Position numbers and translations under genes: made by a program. The notes under the pieces are model-generated. The model was not told the origin of the DNA. It saw only the letters and a program-made list of their open reading frames with translations, and did no database searches. From Patescibacteria group bacterium (lineage in GTDB: Bacteria; Patescibacteriota; Patescibacteriia; Patescibacteriales; UBA12465): a DNA stretch of 64,000 nucleotides. The DNA is taken from NCBI GenBank assembly GCA_041656935.1, contig JBBACQ010000005.1, positions 1-64,000 on the forward strand, given 5' to 3'. Positions 38,825 to 45,109 of the stretch are shown here, piece after piece; the stretch's first letter is position 1, and every line of letters begins with the position of its first letter.

Positions 38825-39868
38825 CTACATGTCTTTAACTTTGGCCATAATCATTTTCCAAGCTTCAGCCTTTTCCGGGCTGTCTAAAGGAGCATTACGC
38901 CAAACAAACTCACATTGCTCAAAAGTTTCGGCTTTAGCTTTCAACAATTGCCAAACTTCAGCTTCTTGCAGGGTATCTGGGGAAGCGCTTTCCCAAAGTT
39001 CCTGATATTGCTCAAAGGTTTCGGCTTTAGCTTTCAATAATTGCCAAGCCTCAGCTTCTTGCGGGCTATCTAAGGGGGTGTTTTCCCAAAGCTCCTGACA
39101 TTGCTCAAAGGTTTCGGCTTTAGCTTTCACTAACTGCCAGACCTTAGCTTTTTCCGAGCTATCCGAGGAAACACTTTTCCAAAGCTCCTGACATTGCTCA
39201 AAAGTTTCGGCTTTAGCTTTCAACAATTGCCAAGTCTCAGCTTCTTCCGAACTATCTAAGGAAAAACTTTCCCGAAGCTCCCGACATTGCTCAAAAGTTT
39301 CAGCTTTAGCTTTTACTAATTGCCAAGCTTCAGCTTTTTTCAATCTGTCTGAAGAAATATCTTCCCAAAGTTCCTGACATTGCTCAAAAGTTTCGGCTTT
39401 AACTTTCAATAATTGCCAAACATCAGCTTCTTCCGAGTTGTCCGAGAAAACACTTTCCCAAAGCTCCTGACATTGCTTAAAGGTTTCGACTTTAGCTTTT
39501 ACTAACTGCCAGGCTTCAACTTTTTCTAAGCTGTCTGAAGGAGTATTATGCCAAACCCACTTACATTGTAAAAAAGCTTTAGCTTCGGCCTTTACCTTTT
39601 TCCAAAATTCATCTTTTTCCGGACCACATAAAAGGATGTTTAACCAAACCCATCTACACTGTTCGAAGGTCACAGCTTTTATCTTTATTAATTGCCAAGC
39701 TTCAGCTTTTTCCGAACCGTTGGAAGGCATCTCTTTCCAGATATTCTGACATTGCTCAAATGACAATTCTTCTTTTTCCTCCTGAGATAATAATTTCCAG
39801 GATAAAAGAATTGCTATTTCAATATCAACCCCTAATTTTTGCAACTTTAACACGTTTTCATTTTTCAT
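38825..39868 (-). CDS. Tandem-repeat protein with about ten 31-aa helical repeats, function unknown
   Basis: The consensus unit AEAWQLVKAKAETFEQCQELWEsxssDSxeE is iterated with a 93-bp DNA period. SD GGAG. It has its own promoter and terminator. Confidence 0.7.
   Translation of the reverse strand: MKNENVLKLQKLGVDIEIAILLSWKLLSQEEKEELSFEQCQNIWKEMPSNGSEKAEAWQLIKIKAVTFEQCRWVWLNILLCGPEKDEFWKKVKAEAKAFLQCKWVWHNTPSDSLEKVEAWQLVKAKVETFKQCQELWESVFSDNSEEADVWQLLKVKAETFEQCQELWEDISSDRLKKAEAWQLVKAKAETFEQCRELRESFSLDSSEEAETWQLLKAKAETFEQCQELWKSVSSDSSEKAKVWQLVKAKAETFEQCQELWENTPLDSPQEAEAWQLLKAKAETFEQYQELWESASPDTLQEAEVWQLLKAKAETFEQCEFVWRNAPLDSPEKAEAWKMIMAKVKDM
38880..39790 (-). repeat. 93-bp coding tandem repeat array (about 10 units) inside CDS 38825..39868
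   Basis: The motif attgctcaaa(a/g)gtttcggctttagctttca recurs at 38914, 39007, 39100, 39193, 39286, 39379 and 39472 with an exact 93-bp spacing. Diverged units occur at 39565, 39658 and 39751. Confidence 0.85.
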
Positions 39869-40075
39869 AATAATCTCCTGTTTTGATTTAATATTTTAAA
39901 GATCAATAGAAAAATATATCATAATTAATCTATTTTTGTCAATAATTTTAAATTGGGTTCTAATCCCCCTGGAGAAACAAAAAAGAACTAATGGATATTA
40001 GTCTTTTTTTGTTTATCAAGTAAAGTGTCTTTCGGACACATGTAGCTCTATGGTTGATATATGGTCAAAATGATT

Positions 40076-40633
40076 TTAACTTAAAAGAATCATAGCAGCT
40101 TCATATTTAGGCTTAACCAGTTTTTTTGAATTTTCGAATTGAAGTTGATTCCATTTATTTATTAATTTTTGTCTTACCGAATCTTTTGCTTCTCCTTGAT
40201 TTTTATTTTCATACACAAAAGCAGCCTTAAAAATTCCAGGAATATTATCAAAATTACTTAAAGTATCAGCATCAACTAAAATTTTTTCTTCTAAACTTTG
40301 TAAAACATTATTTTTAGAACCACGGTGATTTAAAATACATTTTTTAACTTTCTCAATTTTTTCTTCTTCATAACCCAATTCTCTTAATTTTTCTTCAGCA
40401 ACTTTAGCGCCTGTAATATGATGATCTTCTCGACCATAAATTATAGAACCAATATCATGCAACCAAGCGGCCAAACAAATAATTTCTTTATCCCCTCCTA
40501 ATTCATCAGCTAAGACTTCGGCATATTTTGCTATCGACACAAAATGAAAAATAAAAGGCTCATAACCATACTTACTAGTAGGTTTTAAACATTCGGCTTC
40601 AACAAAGTTTTTTATTTCATTAATAATATCCAT
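40076..40633 (-). CDS. HD-domain phosphohydrolase
   Basis: The start is trimmed to the ATG at 40633 (MDIINEIKNF...). The tracked N-terminal extension runs through the upstream repeat/terminator. H...HD motif LAAWLHDIGS plus a downstream DADTL. Confidence 0.75.
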   Translation of the reverse strand: MDIINEIKNFVEAECLKPTSKYGYEPFIFHFVSIAKYAEVLADELGGDKEIICLAAWLHDIGSIIYGREDHHITGAKVAEEKLRELGYEEEKIEKVKKCILNHRGSKNNVLQSLEEKILVDADTLSNFDNIPGIFKAAFVYENKNQGEAKDSVRQKLINKWNQLQFENSKKLVKPKYEAAMILLS

Positions 40634-40640
40634 ATATAGC

Positions 40641-40705
40641 AAAAATAGCACTTTTGGTGCTATTTTGCAATTGCTCGGAGTCGCGGACGATGTTCGAAAC
40701 AAAAT
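40641..40705 (-). repeat. GC-box plus hairpin intergenic repeat, copy A
   Basis: Plus-strand sequence aaaatagcac-ttttg-gtgctatttt (perfect 10-bp hairpin, 40642-40666) followed by GCTCGGAGTCGCGGACGATGTTCGAAAC (40673-40700). It aligns to copy B at about 85% identity by eye. On the minus strand the hairpin is followed by a T-run, so it terminates gene 40717..41268. Confidence 0.7.
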
Positions 40706-40716
40706 AACTCTCACGA

Positions 40717-41268
40717 TTAAATATGACAATCTAAAATCAGAGAAAAACTATCATTAGAATATTTTTTAAGCGCTTTCTTAAGATCTTTTTTCCAATCAAG
40801 AAATTTCTGGTAATCATTACTTGTTTCATTAATATTCATGAATGCTTTTGGTGCCCTAATTAACTTAAAATCCGGCATTATAATAGTATCCGGAAATCTA
40901 TCATATTGATCAATATTTATTATTAAATTGTCAGTCATTTGCAAATCAAAAATATCATAATAATCAAAAAAATTAAGCTTTCCTAACGGCTTATCAATTT
41001 TTTTCTTGCATTGTTCAATTAAGGCATTCTTAAAAACGAATGAAAATTCATAAATTCCTTCTTCGTCAAATCCAGTTTCAGTTTTGTTTATTTCAAAAAG
41101 TTTTTCAGCTATAGCTTTGTTGTCCAATAAATCAATATCAAACAAGGAGCTAATATTGTTCTTCATTGCTTCAGATAAATATGCTTTCGATTTCTCATTA
41201 ATATTTTTTCTAATATTATCTAACGTTTTATTATCTGATTTTATAATAACTACGGCAGTAAATTTCAT
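40717..41268 (-). CDS. Hypothetical protein (183 aa)
   Basis: The ORF is bracketed by the two GC-box/hairpin repeats. No family recognised. Confidence 0.5.
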   Translation of the reverse strand: MKFTAVVIIKSDNKTLDNIRKNINEKSKAYLSEAMKNNISSLFDIDLLDNKAIAEKLFEINKTETGFDEEGIYEFSFVFKNALIEQCKKKIDKPLGKLNFFDYYDIFDLQMTDNLIINIDQYDRFPDTIIMPDFKLIRAPKAFMNINETSNDYQKFLDWKKDLKKALKKYSNDSFSLILDCHI

Positions 41269-41302
41269 AAATTATTTTTATTTATAAAAACATTATAAAA
41301 AC

Positions 41303-41368
41303 AAAATATCACTTTTAATGCCATTTTGTCAACTTGCTCGGGGTCGCGGACGATGTTCGAACCAAAAT
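41303..41368 (-). repeat. GC-box plus degenerate hairpin intergenic repeat, copy B
   Basis: Plus-strand sequence aaaatatcacttttaatgccatttt followed by GCTCGGGGTCGCGGACGATGTTCGAACC (41336-41363). On the minus strand a TTGACA hexamer (41327-41332) directly follows the box. Confidence 0.7.
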
Positions 41369-41381
41369 TATTTTTAGCAAT

Positions 41382-41412
41382 AAAAAAGGACTCACTAATT
41401 ATAAGTAAGTCC
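41382..41412 (-). terminator. Rho-independent terminator of lipoprotein gene 41439..41822
   Basis: GGACTCACT...AGTAAGTCC (one mismatch). The minus strand is followed by TTTTTT. Confidence 0.6.
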
Positions 41413-41438
41413 AATTATATTTAAAAATTTTTTCAGCT

Positions 41439-41822
41439 TTAATCTTCTTTCTTTGCAACAACAGCTATGCTAACGGTTGTCTTTCTGCTAATCCAGTCAT
41501 TTTGGTCTTTGCTAGGAGTTTCTCCACCATAATGCCAAACAACTATCGCTCTACCAAAATTTTTGGTTTTTCTATTCCAATCATCAATACTAATCAAGCC
41601 GCGATGTACATTATCATTTACATTTTTAGAATCGAAATTTATTGTTTCCCAAATAAAAATCGTATCTCCGTAATTTGCACCAATGGTGTTAATAAAATAC
41701 CCATCCCCACCAAGACCATTAAATTCTAAATTGTCTACCCACACGTTCTTAGGAGCGCATGAGGATAAAAATAATCCAAGTCCTAAGACAACGATCATAA
41801 AAAATTTTGTTTTCATTTTCAT
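41439..41822 (-). CDS. Hypothetical small lipoprotein
   Basis: Signal peptide plus lipobox (LFLSSC). A perfect TTGACA-17-TATAAT promoter lies upstream and a terminator lies downstream. Confidence 0.6.
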   Translation of the reverse strand: MKMKTKFFMIVVLGLGLFLSSCAPKNVWVDNLEFNGLGGDGYFINTIGANYGDTIFIWETINFDSKNVNDNVHRGLISIDDWNRKTKNFGRAIVVWHYGGETPSKDQNDWISRKTTVSIAVVAKKED

Positions 41823-41930
41823 ATTATTTAAAGTTAAACATTAGATTAATTATTAAATCTACTAAATTATAATAAACTTAATAATTAACCTAATTCTAAC
41901 CTCTTTGTAAAAGTACTACTTATAATTAAA

Positions 41931-41959
41931 ATTATATCATGAATATTAAAATATGTCAA
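41931..41959 (-). promoter_or_regulatory. Consensus sigma70 promoter for lipoprotein gene 41439..41822
   Basis: Minus strand is a perfect TTGACA (41959-41954), 17-nt spacer, TATAAT (41936-41931). Confidence 0.6.
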
Positions 41960-41967
41960 TAGCATAA

Positions 41968-41997
41968 CAAAAATAGGATTATATTGTCCTATTTTTT
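41968..41997 (-). terminator. Rho-independent terminator immediately 3' of the tRNA-like element
   Basis: Minus strand AAAAATAGGA-CAATATAA-TCCTATTTTT. It has the same position and shape as the terminator after the genuine tRNA-Gln. Confidence 0.6.
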
Positions 41998-42004
41998 CAC
42001 TCGC

Positions 42005-42168
42005 TCGGGGACTAGGATTCGGCCACACGTCGCTAAGTCTCGCTTGCCCGCCCAAGGCGGACTGCGCTCACTAAGCGCTCTGGCCCGGCCTCGCGGTGTT
42101 CGCTACGCTCACACATCGCTCCGGCTTTCGAATCCTAGACGCGAAGTGCGCAGGCACTTCGCTTCCCC
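42005..42168 (-). ncRNA. Unclassified GC-rich tRNA-like structured element (candidate ncRNA, or a tRNA-derived scar)
   Basis: Positions 42005-42021 are identical to the tRNA-Gln 3' acceptor and T region at 42215-42231. With the trailer, 41992-42021 matches 42202-42231 at 28/30. GGGGA (42007-11) pairs with TCCCC (42164-68). CTAGGATTCG (42012-21) pairs with CGAATCCTAG (42129-38). There is a perfect 9-bp hairpin GCGAAGTGC-GCAG-GCACTTCGC (42141-62). The 107-nt core is about 67% G+C. Strand is assigned from the shared orientation with the tRNA and the terminator at 41968-41997. Confidence 0.4.
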
Positions 42169-42177
42169 TCACTCATT

Positions 42178-42208
42178 CAAAAAATCCAGCTCACGCTGGA
42201 TTTTTTTC
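42178..42208 (-). terminator. Rho-independent terminator of tRNA-Gln
   Basis: AATCCAGC-TCAC-GCTGGATT (42183-42202) flanked by A6 and T7 runs. It starts 6 nt after the tRNA 3' end. Confidence 0.75.
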
Positions 42209-42213
42209 ATTCG

Positions 42214-42284
42214 TTCGGGGACTAGGATTCGAACCCAGATAGCCAGGACCAGAACCTGGAGCCCTACCATTAGACGATCCCCGA
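42214..42284 (-). tRNA. tRNA-Gln (anticodon CUG), CCA not encoded
   Basis: Hand-folded 71-nt cloverleaf: TCGGGGA-TC-GTCT-AATGGTA-GGGC-T-CCAGG-TTCTGGT-CCTGG-CTAT-CTGGG-TTCGAAT-CCTAG-TCCCCGA-A. It has a 7-bp acceptor stem with U1-A72 (typical of bacterial tRNA-Gln), a 5-bp anticodon stem, a canonical T-loop, and anticodon CTG at positions 34-36. Confidence 0.85.
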
Positions 42285-42372
42285 CTGTGGTTCGCCGTAA
42301 CTTTAGCGTAGGCGACCTCCAACCGCCGTAGCTTTAACATAGACAATCTGTGTCCGCTTTATAAACAAAAAA

Positions 42373-42834
42373 CTACTTAACATCAATAATCTTGTATTTA
42401 ACTTCCCCTCTAGGAGTATCAACCAAAACCTCATCTCCCTTTTTCTTACCCAAAAATGACATCCCCAAAGGAGATTCATTAGAAATTTTTCCATTTATCG
42501 GATCAGCCTCATTAAAACTAACAATCACATATTCCTTTTCATTGCCATTTATCAACACCTTAACTGAAGATCCCATATCTATTTTCCCCTTTCCTACCCC
42601 CATGCTATCAACTACCGTTACATTTTTTAAAATACTACTCAACTCAATAATGCGCCCTTCATTTAAAGCTTGAGCGTCCTTAGCTTCACTATATTCAGCA
42701 TTTTCACTTAGATCACCCAATTCCTTGGCTCGCTCAATTCTCTCAGCTATCTCTTTTCTTTTAACATTACTTAGATAAGTTAACTCATCTTTTAATTTTT
42801 TATACCCTTCATGGGTCATAATTTGTTCATTCAT
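42373..42834 (-). CDS. greA: Transcription elongation factor GreA
   Basis: The N-terminal coiled coil contains RERIERAKELGDLSENAEYSEAKD-type sequence (IAERIERAKELGDLSENAEYSEAKDAQ). The C-terminus has SPLGMSFLGKKKGDEV. Confidence 0.9.
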   Translation of the reverse strand: MNEQIMTHEGYKKLKDELTYLSNVKRKEIAERIERAKELGDLSENAEYSEAKDAQALNEGRIIELSSILKNVTVVDSMGVGKGKIDMGSSVKVLINGNEKEYVIVSFNEADPINGKISNESPLGMSFLGKKKGDEVLVDTPRGEVKYKIIDVK

Positions 42835-42974
42835 ATTTTTTAAAATAATTTTTTTAGCCTAATTGGCTATTTTTAAAAATCATTTTTTATAAATTTTACT
42901 TTTTAATCTTTATAATAATACACTAATATCTAGAAATAAGCAAGGTTTTTTAGTCTCCAAAGAGACAAAAATCC

Positions 42975-43601
42975 TCAATAAAAGTTTTTAAATATATAAA
43001 TTAAATAAATTATTAAGAGATGAACTGGATAAAAAAGATATTGAACGGCTCGGTTTATTCTAAAGTCATATTTTTTAAAATAATAGGCTAAAAAGAAAGC
43101 TGGCAAGGCAAAAATACTTAAGAATCTAGCATAATCTAATAGCACATAAGAAAAAACCAATAATGCTTGAAAAATTAATAACCAAGGATTATTTCTAAAA
43201 ATATAAAAAAACAAAATCATTAAAACTCCATAAATACCATATTCAACCTTTAAAAAATAAGCTAGAAATAATAAAACACCAATTCCTAAAATTTTCCAAA
43301 TATATTTTTTAACCTTATCATAAGTATAAATTGCCAATAACCCCAATAACAACGAAAAACAAATATTAATATAATCGCTCTTAAATAATAAATAAAAAAT
43401 CGGCTGAGAGATTAATCCTAAAACTAAAATTCTTTGACTGTAATTAGAAAAATTTCTGGTTCTAGAATATCCCTGAGCCACTCCATAAGCAAACAAAGGA
43501 AAAGCTAGACGACCAATAATTCTAAAAATTAAAAACTGGGGGAAAAAAATTGCCCCGATATGATCAATAGCCATGGTAGCGAAAGCAATAACTCTTAACA
43601 T
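42975..43601 (-). CDS. TraX-family membrane protein
   Basis: The N-terminus LRVIAFATMAIDHIGAIF is typical of the TraX family. Polytopic. Ends in TGA. Confidence 0.6.
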   Translation of the reverse strand: MLRVIAFATMAIDHIGAIFFPQFLIFRIIGRLAFPLFAYGVAQGYSRTRNFSNYSQRILVLGLISQPIFYLLFKSDYINICFSLLLGLLAIYTYDKVKKYIWKILGIGVLLFLAYFLKVEYGIYGVLMILFFYIFRNNPWLLIFQALLVFSYVLLDYARFLSIFALPAFFLAYYFKKYDFRINRAVQYLFYPVHLLIIYLIYIFKNFY

Positions 43602-45109
43602 AAAGATCTGTCAAATTTTTGATATAGAAATAAATTAGATAAAATTAAAAATCCAATTCCCAAGGGATGATTTAAATAAGGGGTAAAGAAATTTACAACC
43701 GCCAAAGAAATAATAGCCAGCCCTAATCCTACCAAATAAATTTTGTCATTGTCCCTAAAATTAACCCAACAATATTTTAAAATATTAAAAATTAAAAGAA
43801 GATAAACTAATACTCCAAAAAGACCTAACTTCAACCAAATATCAATCCAGCCCCATTCAAAAGCATAAGTAGAATGGATTCCGTCGGTAGTTCTTTCTAA
43901 AACTCGAGGATCATTAGACTTATATTCCAATCTCGCCCCAAACCCTCGACCTAAGACAAAATTATTCTTTATGTCCCCTTGCATAACGTCTAATAAGGCC
44001 CACCGAGAAGATATAGCCGACTCCGAAGATATAATTTTAGCTCGATTAGAGAGAGAATCCAAGCTAAAATCAGCCTGGCTTTGTGGCCAAGGAAATTTAA
44101 CGACTACTAAAACAAATAAGAAGCCAATCACTAACGATAAGGAAAGAAGAGACAAATATTTTAAGGCCGTCTTAATATTAAATTTTCGGATTAAAAAAAC
44201 TACGGCCACAATTATGGCTATAATTCCTCCCATCCAGAAACTACGAGAAAAACTCAAAATTAATCCAGAGGCCAATAATGATAAAAATAATATTAAACCA
44301 CCGAGTCTTTTTTTATTTTTTATAAAGACCAAATAAACTGAACTAAACAGAAAAGCTAATAAAATAAAAATCTGCGCCTGCAAAAATACTCGATGAAAGC
44401 CAGACCCCATATTAGTGATTTCACCTAAAGCATAGCTTCTGGTCCAAGAATAAAGATCAAAAATTAAACCCGGTAAACTATGCGAAAATAAAAACAAAAA
44501 TAAAAGAGATTTAAAAACTAAAAATGATACAGCTCCAACGAAAATTAAAATAACTTTTTGCCAAAAATTATTAGCATCAGCTTTTTTGTCCACAAAGATA
44601 ACCTGCCATAAAGGAAAAATTAAAGAAAAATACAGCCAAGCATTAAAATCAAAAAAAGCATCGCTAAAACCATTATTTATCAGTCCATAAATTAAACCTA
44701 AAAAGATAAATAAAAATAGATAAGCCAAAATCTTAATATTGGGCAAAAACAAATATTTTTGGAGAAAAACTTTTTTTTCTTTAATATATCCTAGAATAAA
44801 CTTAGCTAGGAAAACAGACATAAGGATCAACCATAAGGCTATCCGAAGAGAAATTTTTAGAGAACCAAGCTCTAGAAAAAAAAGATAACCCATAGAGTTA
44901 ACAAATAACTCCGCCAATAAAACATACAGGGCTAATTCTAATCTATAAAAAGCTAGGAAAAAAAAGACTAAAACTATTATCAAAAAAAATAATAAATTAA
45001 TTTTTGGGAAATAATAAGATAAAAACGAGAAAAATTCAAAGAAAAATAAAAGGGCAAAAATTACTAATATTTTCTTTTTTTCCTGTAAAATAAAATCTAA
45101 TTTCATCAT
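43595..45109 (-). CDS. O-antigen ligase/polymerase-like (Wzy_C) membrane protein
   Basis: At least 10 TM helices with a periplasmic loop. SFSRSFWMGGIIAIIV resembles the Wzy_C core. It sits within the glycan cluster. Confidence 0.6.
   Translation of the reverse strand: MMKLDFILQEKKKILVIFALLFFFEFFSFLSYYFPKINLLFFLIIVLVFFFLAFYRLELALYVLLAELFVNSMGYLFFLELGSLKISLRIALWLILMSVFLAKFILGYIKEKKVFLQKYLFLPNIKILAYLFLFIFLGLIYGLINNGFSDAFFDFNAWLYFSLIFPLWQVIFVDKKADANNFWQKVILIFVGAVSFLVFKSLLFLFLFSHSLPGLIFDLYSWTRSYALGEITNMGSGFHRVFLQAQIFILLAFLFSSVYLVFIKNKKRLGGLILFLSLLASGLILSFSRSFWMGGIIAIIVAVVFLIRKFNIKTALKYLSLLSLSLVIGFLFVLVVVKFPWPQSQADFSLDSLSNRAKIISSESAISSRWALLDVMQGDIKNNFVLGRGFGARLEYKSNDPRVLERTTDGIHSTYAFEWGWIDIWLKLGLFGVLVYLLLIFNILKYCWVNFRDNDKIYLVGLGLAIISLAVVNFFTPYLNHPLGIGFLILSNLFLYQKFDRSLC

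Noticed and set aside
38880-39790. The regular 93-bp repeats as a possible CRISPR or other non-coding array.
   Set aside because: The period is a multiple of 3. The repeats lie entirely in one long open frame with a conserved 31-aa unit. There are no unique spacers between the repeats.
37687-40010. A shared motif GTTCTAAT(T/C)CCC at 37687-37702 and 39957-39972, considered as further tRNA T-arm-like boxes. It includes GGG-TTCTAAT-CCC.
   Set aside because: A 12/13-nt match is expected by chance many times in 64 kb of biased sequence. Position 57 of the would-be T-loop is a pyrimidine. The two copies are on the opposite strand from boxes A, B and C, and no acceptor-like partner is evident.
41984-42331. 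A 115-aa Arg-rich ORF on the plus strand (MSYFFTRSGTRIRPHVAKSRL...).
   Set aside because: It runs antisense straight through tRNA-Gln, its terminator and the GC-rich element. The open frame is a by-product of locally high G+C. It has no SD and no plausible protein features.
41990-42350. The GC-rich patch as tmRNA (ssrA), prompted by the GGGG...GGATTCGA start and the tRNA-like 3' end.
   Set aside because: The middle of the patch is a canonical 71-nt tRNA-Gln cloverleaf with its own terminator. The remaining element is only about 164 nt. It has no intact local T-arm near its 3' end, no G3-U70 alanine identity pair, no tag reading frame and no ...CCA-proximal consensus.
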